From positions 1 to 33,158 of the forward strand of contig CAZWUZ010000010.1 of NCBI GenBank assembly GCA_964637655.1: a stretch of 33,158 nt of DNA, written 5' to 3'. Positions 8,269 through 17,122 of this stretch are shown one piece after another. The translations under genes were made by a program, and so were the position numbers. The first letter of the stretch is position 1, and every line of letters starts with the position of its first letter. The notes beneath the pieces are model-generated. The model saw only the letters and a list, made by a program, of their open reading frames with translations, searched no databases and had not been told where the DNA came from. Origin of the DNA: an uncultured bacterium. GTDB lineage: Bacteria > DAOPZR01.

Positions 8269-9471
8269 CTATTCCGCGAAGATGGTGGCGCTGTAGCGCG
8301 GGGCGTCGAACATGCGGCGGAGGAACGACGCGGTCAGCGACTGCTGCGTGAGCGCGGCGAAGAAGGTGCTGTGCGACAGGTAGTGGCGCTCGGCCAGCAT
8401 GATGCCGGCGACGATATCATCGTCGTTTACCGCGGTGCGTCCGGCCAGTGCGGCAGACGCGCGCGCGTACCAGCGGGCGAGGCCGAGCGCGAGCAGGAAC
8501 ACACGATACCCGTCGCGCAGCGGCAGCGGGAAGATAAACGCGTGGCGCTGCCGCGCGTGCTGCACAAAGCGCTCGAGTGGTTCGTGCGGCTGCATGAAGA
8601 GCGGGGCGTCGACTGCAGCCAGCGCGCGCAGGTCAACGGTCTGCCGCAGCGATTTTTTCAGTGCCAGTTTTCCGCGCTGCATGACCATCTGCAGACTGCC
8701 GCCGATGCTGGCCAGCACGTCGCGGCGCAGCGACTCCACCGGCCCGATAAAAGCGGCGAGCATCAAATTCTGCTGGCGTTTGCCTTCCGGCAGCAGCGCG
8801 CGGGCCGGCGCGAGAAAGGAATCCGGGGCGGTATCGCGCAGGAAGGCGGAAAGCGTGCCGGCCGCGGCGGCGGCAACCGCGGCATCGACGAGCAGGCCGC
8901 CGGCGACGAGACGGTCGCGCAGCGAAGCGTCCGCGCGGGAGAACAGCCCGCGCAGTTTTTCCGCCACCTCCGCGTAGTCATCCCATGCGACAGACACCCC
9001 CGGGGCGAGCGCGACCACATCCTTGAACGTGACGGAAAACTGCTGCGCCTGCGCGGCAAGGATTTCCAGTTCGGCGCGCTGCCCGGCCAGCAGTTCACCC
9101 TGCGAGCGGGCGATGGCGGGACAGGCGAAGGAAAGGTAGAGCACGGTTTCGCGCGGCGTGCGCACGAACGACAGCGGAAAGAGCTTGCAGACCAGTGATT
9201 TGGCGGCAAACCCGAGGTCGGCATGGATGCGGCAGCGCTGCTGCGCATCGAGAAAAACGCAGGATCCGTCGGGGTTCTGCGCGAAGCGCAGCTGATTGCC
9301 GGCGGTGACAAACAGTTCACGCCCCGCGAGGTCGGGGTAGCGCTGCGCCCACGGCTGCTGCTGCAGCGAATCGGCAACATCGGGCGAGACGGCGAGCGCC
9401 CAGTTGCGGCAGCAGGCCCCGCAGCCGAGGCAGGTGTAGCGCTGCCCGTCAGGAATGACGAGCGCGTTCAG
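8269..9471 (-). CDS. YkgJ/CxxCxxCC cysteine-cluster Fe-S protein, FliB (lysine N-methylase)-like; inferred CTG start
   Basis: The frame of ORF 8269..9165 stays open 102 codons upstream and reads [24 protein letters not shown]...[33 protein letters not shown] before joining [19 protein letters not shown] at 9471-9469 overlaps the upstream TGA as CTGA; AGGTG lies 8 nt upstream. Confidence 0.8.
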   Translation of the reverse strand: MNALVIPDGQRYTCLGCGACCRNWALAVSPDVADSLQQQPWAQRYPDLAGRELFVTAGNQLRFAQNPDGSCVFLDAQQRCRIHADLGFAAKSLVCKLFPLSFVRTPRETVLYLSFACPAIARSQGELLAGQRAELEILAAQAQQFSVTFKDVVALAPGVSVAWDDYAEVAEKLRGLFSRADASLRDRLVAGGLLVDAAVAAAAAGTLSAFLRDTAPDSFLAPARALLPEGKRQQNLMLAAFIGPVESLRRDVLASIGGSLQMVMQRGKLALKKSLRQTVDLRALAAVDAPLFMQPHEPLERFVQHARQRHAFIFPLPLRDGYRVFLLALGLARWYARASAALAGRTAVNDDDIVAGIMLAERHYLSHSTFFAALTQQSLTASFLRRMFDAPRYSATIFAE

Positions 9472-9899
9472 AGGGCGTACACCTGTTCGGCGGTCAGCGT
9501 GCTGATGCCCGCGGCATGCAGCGCCTTGATGCCGGCGGGAATATTCTCGGTGCGCATGACCACGACAGCGTTTTTGGCCGACTTCTCGACAAAGGCGTAG
9601 ATGTACTCGACGTTCATGTCGGCGTCGCGCAGCGCGCGCAGCACCTCGGCGAGGCCGCCCGGGCGGTCGTTGACCAGCACGGCGATGACCTCGCTCTCCT
9701 TGACGGTGAAGTCGGCCTTCTCCAGCACCTTGCGCGCCTGGTCGGGCTCCTGCACGATAAGGCGCAGAATGCCGAACTCGGCGGTGTCGGCAATCGACAG
9801 CGCGCGGATATTGATACCCGCGCCGCCCAGCGCCTCCATTGCCTCGAGCAGGCGGCCCTTCTTGTTCTCGAGGAACACGGAAATCTGTTTGACTTTCAT
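9468..9899 (-). CDS. Tandem ACT domain protein (PaaK-associated)
   Basis: [61 protein letters not shown]. Confidence 0.92.
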   Translation of the reverse strand: MKVKQISVFLENKKGRLLEAMEALGGAGINIRALSIADTAEFGILRLIVQEPDQARKVLEKADFTVKESEVIAVLVNDRPGGLAEVLRALRDADMNVEYIYAFVEKSAKNAVVVMRTENIPAGIKALHAAGISTLTAEQVYAL

Positions 9900-9909
9900 G
9901 GTTCTCCCC

Positions 9910-11235
9910 CTACAGCGTGCGCTGGTCGACGACGCGCACCGCTTTGCCTTCGCTGCGCGGCAGCGATTTCGGCTCGACCAGCGTGAGTTTGACGTTCAGG
10001 CCGATGGCCTGGGCAATATGTTTCTCGATGCGGTGCTTGAACTCCTCGACGTGGCGGACTTCGTCGGAGAAAAAGCCCTTGCCCGCCTCGACCTGCACCT
10101 CGACCTCGTCGAGCCCGCCCTCCGGGCGGGTGACGATGATCTGGTAGAAGGGTTCGAGCCCCTTGATCTCGAGCAGCGCGCGCTCGATCTGCGACGGGAA
10201 GACAATGGCGCCGCGGATCTTGAGCATGTCGTCGGAGCGCCCGGTGATGCGCGCCATGCGCACCAGCGTGCGCCCGCAGGCGCACTTACCGCGCACCAGC
10301 GCGGTGAGGTCGCGGGTGCGGAAACGCAGCATGGGGAGGCCTTCGCGGGTCAGGGTGGTGAGCACCAGTTCCCCCTGTTCGCCGTCGGGGAGCACCTCGA
10401 GCGTGTCGGGTGAGATGATTTCGGGGTAGAAGACATCCTCGAAGATGTGCAGGCCGCACTGGGCCGGGCACTCCTGTGCCACGCCGGGCCCGATGATCTC
10501 GGTCAGCCCGTAGATGTTGAGCGCCTGCAGCGGGTAGCGCTTCTCGATCTCGGCGCGCATGTGCTCGGTCCACATCTCGGCGCCGAACAGCCCCGCCCGG
10601 AGTTTCGTCTTCTTCAGGTTGATGCCCGCGTCAGCGGCAAGTTCGGCGAGGTAGATGGCGTAGGACGGCGTGGCGGTAAGAATGGTGCTGCCGAAGTCCT
10701 GCATTACCGTCAGCTGGCGCTGGCTGTTGCCGGCGGAGATGGGGACGACGGTGGCGCCGATCAGCTGCGCCCCGTAGTGCACCCCGAGCCCGCCGGTGAA
10801 CAGCCCGTAACCGTAGCAGTTCTGCACGATGTCCTCGGGGGTGGTGCCGGCCATGGTCAGGGTGCGCGCCATCACCTCGCTCCACAGGGCGATATCCTTG
10901 CGCGTGTAGCCGGTGACGACCGGCTTGCCGGTGGTCCCCGACGAGGTGTGGATCTCGACGATGTCGCGGCGCGGCGCGGCGAACATGCCGAACGGGTAGC
11001 CCGCGCGCAGGTCGGTCTTGCCGATGAAGGGAAGGCGGCGGATATCGTCGAGTGTGCGGAGCTGCTCCGGCTTCACCCGGTGTTTGCGGAAGAGCTGCCG
11101 GTAGATGGGCACGTTATCATACGCATGCTGCACGATGTGCCTGAGCCGGCGCAGCTGCAGCGCCCGGCGTTCCTTGTCGGTCGCGCATTCCGCGGCGCGG
11201 TTCCAGATGAGATAGTTCGGCTTTTTCGTGGCCAT
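9910..11235 (-). CDS. paaK: Phenylacetate-CoA ligase family protein
   Basis: [73 protein letters not shown]. Confidence 0.93.
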   Translation of the reverse strand: MATKKPNYLIWNRAAECATDKERRALQLRRLRHIVQHAYDNVPIYRQLFRKHRVKPEQLRTLDDIRRLPFIGKTDLRAGYPFGMFAAPRRDIVEIHTSSGTTGKPVVTGYTRKDIALWSEVMARTLTMAGTTPEDIVQNCYGYGLFTGGLGVHYGAQLIGATVVPISAGNSQRQLTVMQDFGSTILTATPSYAIYLAELAADAGINLKKTKLRAGLFGAEMWTEHMRAEIEKRYPLQALNIYGLTEIIGPGVAQECPAQCGLHIFEDVFYPEIISPDTLEVLPDGEQGELVLTTLTREGLPMLRFRTRDLTALVRGKCACGRTLVRMARITGRSDDMLKIRGAIVFPSQIERALLEIKGLEPFYQIIVTRPEGGLDEVEVQVEAGKGFFSDEVRHVEEFKHRIEKHIAQAIGLNVKLTLVEPKSLPRSEGKAVRVVDQRTL

Positions 11236-11245
11236 GATCAGTTCC

Positions 11246-11665
11246 TCACTGTCCGTTGTAGAAGGTCAACCCGGCCGCCGTCAGTTTCGCGCGGGCGGCA
11301 GCGCTGTCTTCGGTCTCGACGACGAAGTAGGCGACCACCCGGGTTTCCGGGATGAGCACATAGGCATTGTCGATATTGACTTCATGTTCGCGCAGGGTTT
11401 TCGCCACGTCGCGCAGGCCGCCCGGGCGGTCGGTGATGGCGATGGCGAGCACCTCGTTGACGGCGACGGTGAACCCCGCGGCCGTGCAGGCGGCCTGCGC
11501 GCGGGCGGTGTCATCGACGATGAACTTGATGACACCGAAGGCGCCGCTGCTGCTGATGTTGAGCGCGAGGATGTTGCAGCCGGCCTCCGCGAGCACCCCG
11601 CAGATGCTCTCCAGCTTGCCGGGCTGGTTCTTGGCGAAGACCGAAATCTGGCGCAGGACGCTCAT
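11246..11665 (-). CDS. Tandem ACT domain protein (PaaK-associated), second paralog
   Basis: [49 protein letters not shown]. Confidence 0.9.
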   Translation of the reverse strand: MSVLRQISVFAKNQPGKLESICGVLAEAGCNILALNISSSGAFGVIKFIVDDTARAQAACTAAGFTVAVNEVLAIAITDRPGGLRDVAKTLREHEVNIDNAYVLIPETRVVAYFVVETEDSAAARAKLTAAGLTFYNGQ

Positions 11666-11675
11666 GGCTTTCTCC

Positions 11676-12968
11676 TCACAGGGTGCGGTTGTCGAACACG
11701 CGCCGCGTCTTGCCTTCGCTGACGGGGAGCGTGCCGGGCTCGAGCAGTTCGACCTTCGGCTTGACGGTGATTTCGGCGCGCACGCGGTCGCCGATGGTCT
11801 TCTCCAGCGCCACGAGATGCTCGAGGTTGCCGTCGAAGGACTGCTGCGCGATCTCGACCTTGAGGGTCAGCTGGTCGAGCGCGTCGAGATGGATCTGGTA
11901 GTTCTGCCCGAGTCCCGGGATGCGCATGAGCACGCGCTCGACCTGCTGCGGGTAGAAGTTGACGCCGCGCAGGATGAGCATGTCGTCGGCGCGCCCGAGA
12001 ATGCGCGCGATGCGCCGGTGCGTGCGCCCGCAGCGGCACTTCTCACGGTACAGGCAGGTGATGTCGCGCGTGCGGTAGCGCAGGATGGGCATCGCCTCGC
12101 GGTGCAGCGTGGTGAGCACCAGCTCCCCCTTCTCGCCGTCGGGGAGCACCTCCCCGGTGGCCGGGTCGATGATCTCCGGCCAGAAACTGTCCTCCCAGAC
12201 GTGCAGCCCGTCGCGGCGCGGGCATTCACCCGCGACCCCCGGCCCGTTCATCTCGGTCAGGCCGTAACAGTTGCACACCTGCACCCCGAGCAGGCGCTCT
12301 ATTTTGCTGCGGGTCTCTTCGGTGTAGGGCTCGGCGCCGACGAAAACGCGGCGGATCTGCAGCGTGCTGCGGTCGATCCGTTCGCGGGCAAGAAAGTCGG
12401 CGAGGTAGAGGGCATAACTCGGGGTCAGGTGCAGCACGGTGGAGCCGAAATCCTGCATCAGCATGACCTGGCGCGCGGTGTTGCCCGGCCCGGCGGGAAT
12501 GATCATGGCGCCGATTTTTTCGGCCCCGTAGTGCAGCATGAGCGCCCCGGTGAAGAGCCCGTAGGTCATCATGTTCTGGATGACGTCGCCGGCGGTGACG
12601 CCGCCCATGACCAGTGAGCGTGCCATGTTCTCCGCGGCGGCGGCAAGATCGCGGCGGGTGAAGAAGATCGCCTTGGGTTTGCCGGTGGTGCCCGACGAGG
12701 TGTGCAGGCGCATGACGCGCGCGTAGGGGACGGTGAGCAGGCCGAACGGGTAGTGGGTCTGCAGGTCCTCGCGGGTGGTGAAGGGGAGACGCGCGATGTC
12801 GCGGTGGTGCTGCAGGTGGCGCTCGCTGAGGCCGCGGGCCTGCAACTGTTCCGCGTAGAGCGGGAGGCGCCGCGCCAGGCGTACCGTACGCCGCAGGCGT
12901 TGCAGCTGCAGTGCCTGCAGTTGCGTGCGCCCCATCGTCTCCGCTGGCTTGTTCCAGAATGTTGCCAT
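11676..12968 (-). CDS. paaK: Phenylacetate-CoA ligase family protein, second paralog
   Basis: [80 protein letters not shown] at 12974-12979. Confidence 0.92.
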   Translation of the reverse strand: MATFWNKPAETMGRTQLQALQLQRLRRTVRLARRLPLYAEQLQARGLSERHLQHHRDIARLPFTTREDLQTHYPFGLLTVPYARVMRLHTSSGTTGKPKAIFFTRRDLAAAAENMARSLVMGGVTAGDVIQNMMTYGLFTGALMLHYGAEKIGAMIIPAGPGNTARQVMLMQDFGSTVLHLTPSYALYLADFLARERIDRSTLQIRRVFVGAEPYTEETRSKIERLLGVQVCNCYGLTEMNGPGVAGECPRRDGLHVWEDSFWPEIIDPATGEVLPDGEKGELVLTTLHREAMPILRYRTRDITCLYREKCRCGRTHRRIARILGRADDMLILRGVNFYPQQVERVLMRIPGLGQNYQIHLDALDQLTLKVEIAQQSFDGNLEHLVALEKTIGDRVRAEITVKPKVELLEPGTLPVSEGKTRRVFDNRTL

Positions 12969-12994
12969 ACCGACTCCCCACCGTGATAAAGCGG

Positions 12995-13023
12995 ATGGTA
13001 GATGATTTTGCGGGTGGTGGCAA
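12995..13023 (-). promoter_or_regulatory. Putative sigma70 promoter of the paaK-ACT operon
   Basis: Minus strand TTGCCA (13023-13018), 17 bp, TACCAT (13000-12995). Confidence 0.6.
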
Positions 13024-13032
13024 CTGCCGGCC

Positions 13033-13062
13033 TTGCACCGTCACCGCGCGGCAGGATAGAAT
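13033..13062 (+). promoter_or_regulatory. Putative sigma70 promoter of the radical SAM gene
   Basis: TTGCAC (13033-13038), 18 bp, TAGAAT (13057-13062), only 6 nt before ATG 13069. Confidence 0.55.
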
Positions 13063-13068
13063 AGGCGC

Positions 13069-13995
13069 ATGGCCTATCGCTACCTGTTTGGACCTGTCAA
13101 TTCGCGCCGTCTCGGGCGCTCGCTGGGGGTCGACCTCGTGCCGCCCAAGGTCTGTTCGCTCGACTGCGCCTATTGTGAAAGCGGGCGGACGACCATGCTG
13201 ACGGCAGTACGCGGGGAGTACGTGCCGACGGCGGCAGTGCTGGCGGAACTCGACGACTGTCTCGGCCGGCAGCCGGCACTCGACTACGTCACCTTTTCAG
13301 GTGCGGGTGAACCGACGCTGCATCGCGACCTGGGAACGATCATCGCGCACCTCAAGCGCTACCACCCGCAGTATCGTCTCGCGCTGCTCACCAACGGCAC
13401 GCTGCTGGGGGACGCGGCGCTGCGGCAGGAAATCCTCACCTGCGACCTGATCATCCCGTCGCTGGATGCGGCGACCGACGCGGTGATGGCGCGTCTCAAC
13501 CGTCCCGTGGCGGGACTGACCGCCGCGGCACATATCGATGGTCTGGTTGCGTTGCGGACGGAGTATCGCGGGCAGTTCTGGCTGGAAATCTTCATTCTGC
13601 CCGGGGTGAACGACACGGCAGCGGAACTGGCGGCGCTGGCAGCGGCGGCGGCGCGTATCCGTCCCGACCGTATTCAGCTGAATGCGCTTGACCGCCCGGC
13701 GCCCGACGCCTGGGTGCAGGCGGCAGAGGCCGGACTGCTGGCGCGCCTGGCGCCGAGGTTTGCCGGTACCGTCGACATCATCGCGCGTCCCGCCGCGCCG
13801 CCGGCCGGGCAAACCGGGGTGAGCGCGGCTGAGATGCTGGAAGTGCTGCGCCGCCGTCCGTGCACCGCTGACGACCTGGTGCGCGGCCTGCATGCAGACC
13901 GCGCACAGGTTATGGGCATCATCCATAACCTGCTGACTGACGGAGTGATAACCGGAGAACAGCAGGCGCGCGGCACGTTCTACCGCCTTTCCTGA
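13069..13995 (+). CDS. Radical SAM protein (COG0731-like) with C-terminal winged-helix-like tail
   Basis: YLFGPVNSRRLGRSLGVDL, CSLDCAYC (CxxxCxxC), VTFSGAGEPTLH, LLTNG, SLDA, PGVND; C-terminal RRPCTADDL...IIHNLLTDGVI. Confidence 0.9.
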   Translation: MAYRYLFGPVNSRRLGRSLGVDLVPPKVCSLDCAYCESGRTTMLTAVRGEYVPTAAVLAELDDCLGRQPALDYVTFSGAGEPTLHRDLGTIIAHLKRYHPQYRLALLTNGTLLGDAALRQEILTCDLIIPSLDAATDAVMARLNRPVAGLTAAAHIDGLVALRTEYRGQFWLEIFILPGVNDTAAELAALAAAAARIRPDRIQLNALDRPAPDAWVQAAEAGLLARLAPRFAGTVDIIARPAAPPAGQTGVSAAEMLEVLRRRPCTADDLVRGLHADRAQVMGIIHNLLTDGVITGEQQARGTFYRLS

Positions 13996-14006
13996 CACCC
14001 ATATAG

Positions 14007-14035
14007 TTGACGCGTCACCGGCCTCAGCGTATAAT
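14007..14035 (+). promoter_or_regulatory. Near-consensus sigma70 promoter of the thrS operon
   Basis: TTGACG (14007-14012), 17 bp, TATAAT (14030-14035) in an AT-rich patch of a GC-rich genome. Confidence 0.8.
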
Positions 14036-14103
14036 AAACCATTATAATTGGTAGCGGTGTATGCCTGCGGGGGTGGTGTGTGCAGGCGGAAAGGCGTTGT
14101 TTC

Positions 14104-16002
14104 ATGCAGGTACGGCTTCCTGATGGCAGCACGAAAGAACTGGCGGAGCACAGCACGGCCCAGCAGCTGGCGGAGAGTGTCGGCCAGCGGCTGGCGGCGG
14201 CGGCACTGGCAGCGAAGGTCAACGGGCAGCTGACCGACCTGACGCGCGAACTGCACGACGGCGACGAGGTGAGCATCGTCACTTTCGATTCGCCCGAAGG
14301 GAAGGACATCTACTGGCATTCGGCGAGCCACCTGCTGGCGCAGGCGGTACTGCGGCATTTTCCCGGAGCGAAACTCGCCATCGGCCCGGCCATCGCCAAC
14401 GGCTACTACTACGATTTCGACGTGGCGAAACCGTTCACGCCCGAGGACCTCGAAAAGATCGAGACGACGATGCGCGAACTGGCGGCGGCCGACCAGCCGG
14501 TGTCCCGCTACGAACTGCCGCATGACGAGGCACTGAGGCAGTACCGCGCGAAAGGGGACCGTTACAAAGAGGAACTGATCGCCGGGCTGGCGGGCCAGAC
14601 GCTGTCGTTCTACCGGCAGGGTGAGTTCAGCGATCTCTGCCGCGGCCCGCACCTGCCGCGCACGGGACTGCTCAAGGCGGTGAAACTGCTGCGCGTGGCG
14701 GGCGCCTATTGGCGCGGTGACGAGCGCAACCCGATGCTGCAGCGTATCTACGGTATTGCTTTCCCCGAGCAGAAGCAGCTCGACGAGTACCTGCGTCTCG
14801 AAGAGGAGGCGAAGAAGCGCGATCACCGCAAACTGGGTAAGGAACTGAAACTCTTTTCCTTCCACGACGAGGGCCCGGGGTTTCCCTGCTGGCATCCCGA
14901 CGGCATGCTGCTGTACAACACCGTCTTCGACTACTGGAAGCGGCTGCATGCGGCGGCGGGGTACCGTGAGATCAAGACGCCGATGATCCTCAACGAGGCG
15001 CTCTGGCACCGCTCGGGGCACTGGGACAACTACCGCGACAACATGTACTTCACCGATATTGACGAAACGAAGTACGCGGTGAAACCGATGAACTGTCCCG
15101 GCGGCCTGCTGGTCTACCGCCACGACCTGCACTCGTACCGCGAGTTCCCGCTGCGCCTGGCGGAACTCGGGCAGGTGCACCGCCACGAGAAGTCGGGGGT
15201 GCTGCACGGGCTGTTCCGCGTGCGCACCTTCACGCAGGATGATGCGCACATCTACTGCCTGCCGGAGCAGGTGGAGGACGAGATTCTCGGGGTGGTCACC
15301 CTCATCCGCCGCATCTATGCCGATTTCGGGTTCGACACGGTTGACATCGAGGTGTCGACCCGTCCGGTGAAATCAATCGGCAGCGACGAGGTCTGGCAGC
15401 ACGCGGAGGCGGTCATCTGGGGCGCGCTCAAGCGGGCGGGCATCACGGCGAAGGAAAACCCGGGTTCGGGCGCCTTCTACGGCCCGAAGATCGATTTCCA
15501 CATCAAGGACTGTCTCGGGCGCGACTGGCAGTGCGGCACCATCCAGGTCGACTTCTCGATGCCCGAGCGGTTCGAACTGGAGTATGTCGGCGCGGACGGC
15601 GGGCGGCACCGCCCGGTGATGATCCACCGCGCCTGTTTCGGCTCCATCGAGCGCTTCATCGGCATTGTCATTGAGCATTACGCGGGCGCGTTCCCGCTCT
15701 GGCTGGCCCCGCAGCAGGCGCGGGTGATCACCGTGGCGTCCGACCTGGCGGAGTACGCGGAGCAGGTGCGCGCGGCGCTGGCGGCGGCGGGACTGCGCGT
15801 GGCGGTGGATGCGCGCGAGGAAAAACTCGGCTACAAGATCCGCGAGGCGCAGGTGCAGAAGGTCCCGGCGATGCTGGTGCTGGGGAAGAAGGAAGCGGAG
15901 GCGGGCGCGGTCAACCTGCGGCAGCGTGACGGCAGCCAGGCGACGCTGGCCCTGGCGGACGCGGTGGCGCAGCTGACCGCGGCGGCCCGGCCGCCCGCGT
16001 GA
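14104..16002 (+). CDS. thrS: Threonine--tRNA ligase
   Basis: TGS start MQVRLPDGS (ATG 14104, GAAAGG SD), editing HSASHLLAQA and DLCRGPH, RDHRKLGKEL, SGHW, KPMNCP, GAFYGPKIDF, WQCGTIQVDF, IHRA, anticodon domain EKLGYKIREA. Confidence 0.98.
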   Translation: MQVRLPDGSTKELAEHSTAQQLAESVGQRLAAAALAAKVNGQLTDLTRELHDGDEVSIVTFDSPEGKDIYWHSASHLLAQAVLRHFPGAKLAIGPAIANGYYYDFDVAKPFTPEDLEKIETTMRELAAADQPVSRYELPHDEALRQYRAKGDRYKEELIAGLAGQTLSFYRQGEFSDLCRGPHLPRTGLLKAVKLLRVAGAYWRGDERNPMLQRIYGIAFPEQKQLDEYLRLEEEAKKRDHRKLGKELKLFSFHDEGPGFPCWHPDGMLLYNTVFDYWKRLHAAAGYREIKTPMILNEALWHRSGHWDNYRDNMYFTDIDETKYAVKPMNCPGGLLVYRHDLHSYREFPLRLAELGQVHRHEKSGVLHGLFRVRTFTQDDAHIYCLPEQVEDEILGVVTLIRRIYADFGFDTVDIEVSTRPVKSIGSDEVWQHAEAVIWGALKRAGITAKENPGSGAFYGPKIDFHIKDCLGRDWQCGTIQVDFSMPERFELEYVGADGGRHRPVMIHRACFGSIERFIGIVIEHYAGAFPLWLAPQQARVITVASDLAEYAEQVRAALAAAGLRVAVDAREEKLGYKIREAQVQKVPAMLVLGKKEAEAGAVNLRQRDGSQATLALADAVAQLTAAARPPA

Positions 16003-16018
16003 GGATGACGGTCCCGCG

Positions 16019-17122
16019 ATGACGGAAGCGATCCGGCACGAACTGCTGGCGACGCTGGTGGCGGCGCTGCTGCTGGCGCTGGTGCTGACCCCGCTCTGCC
16101 TGCGGCTCATCCGCGCCATCCGCATCTTCGACTATCCCGACGAGCGCAAAATCCACCGGCGCCCGGTGGCGCTGATGGGCGGCCTGGCGGTCTACCTCGC
16201 CTTTTTCCTGACCATCGCTTTTTTCTTTTTCTGGAACCCGCAGCTGGCGACGGAACTGACCTGGAAGCGCTTTCTCGGCCTCTATCTCGGCTGCTCGATC
16301 ATCCTCATTCTCGGGGTGTTTGACGACCTGTTCGGGTCGGGCGCGCAACTCAAGTTCATCGTGCAGGGGATCGCGGCGGCGGTCCTGTTCTATTTCGGCT
16401 TCCGCATCGACTTCATCACCAACCCGCTGGGCGGGGTGCTGGAATTCGACACGTTCACCAGTTTCCTGCTCACGATCTTCTGGGTGGCGGCGGTGACCAA
16501 CGCCATCAACCTGCTCGACGGGCTGGACGGGCTGGCAGCGGGCGTATCGGCCATCGCGGCGACGACGCTGTTCGTCATCGCGCTGGCGCGCACGGACATC
16601 ATCTCCGCCTACTGCACGCTGGCGCTGGTCGGGTCACTGCTCGGGTTTCTGCCCTACAATTTCTACCCGGCGCGTATATTCCTCGGGGATACCGGGTCGC
16701 TGCTCATCGGGTTCATTCTCGCCGCGGTCGGCATGCTCTCGCTGACCCGCGCGGTGACGGCCGTGGCGCTGATCGTGCCGATTGCCGCGCTCGGCATCCC
16801 GGTCTACGACACGACGATGGCCATTATCCGCCGCTCGCGGCGCGGCAGCAACATCTTCAAGGCGGACAAGGAACACGTGCACCACATCCTGCTGCAGGCG
16901 GGCCTGAGCCAGCGGCAGGCGATGCTCCTGCTCTGCGCGATCTCCGCCTACTTCGGCATCATCGCCTACCTGTGCATCCTCGTGCCCAACCAGTACGCGT
17001 TGCTGCTGGTCGCGGTGCTGGCCATCAGTGTCTGGCTCGGGGTGCGCCTGCTCGGCTCGCTGCATATCCGCATCACGCTGCGGCAGGAGGAAACAGCGCG
17101 GCGCGAGGAGGCGGAGGAATGA
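16019..17122 (+). CDS. wecA: Undecaprenyl-phosphate GlcNAc-1-phosphate transferase (WecA/TagO, glycosyltransferase family 4)
   Basis: DYPDERKIH..P..LMGG, GVFDD, NAINLLDGLDGLA, YNFYPARIFLGDTGS, DTTMAIIRR, ADKEHVHH; polytopic membrane protein. Confidence 0.9.
   Translation: MTEAIRHELLATLVAALLLALVLTPLCLRLIRAIRIFDYPDERKIHRRPVALMGGLAVYLAFFLTIAFFFFWNPQLATELTWKRFLGLYLGCSIILILGVFDDLFGSGAQLKFIVQGIAAAVLFYFGFRIDFITNPLGGVLEFDTFTSFLLTIFWVAAVTNAINLLDGLDGLAAGVSAIAATTLFVIALARTDIISAYCTLALVGSLLGFLPYNFYPARIFLGDTGSLLIGFILAAVGMLSLTRAVTAVALIVPIAALGIPVYDTTMAIIRRSRRGSNIFKADKEHVHHILLQAGLSQRQAMLLLCAISAYFGIIAYLCILVPNQYALLLVAVLAISVWLGVRLLGSLHIRITLRQEETARREEAEE

Noticed and set aside
8269..9471. Pseudogene call for the CxxCxxCC gene because it lacks a standard start
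   Set aside because: Frame is intact, all motif cysteines are present, and a coupled CTG with an SD-like sequence sits at the expected position.
14036..14103. T-box riboswitch upstream of thrS
   Set aside because: Leader is only about 60 nt from the predicted promoter; no T-box consensus or terminator.
13297..15249. 650 aa antisense ORF, plus other long shadow ORFs (2038..3417, 11367..12617, 16966..18438, 21062..22657, 30701..31756)
   Set aside because: They lie over well-supported genes on the opposite strand, have no recognisable motifs, and are expected from stop-codon scarcity in high-GC DNA.
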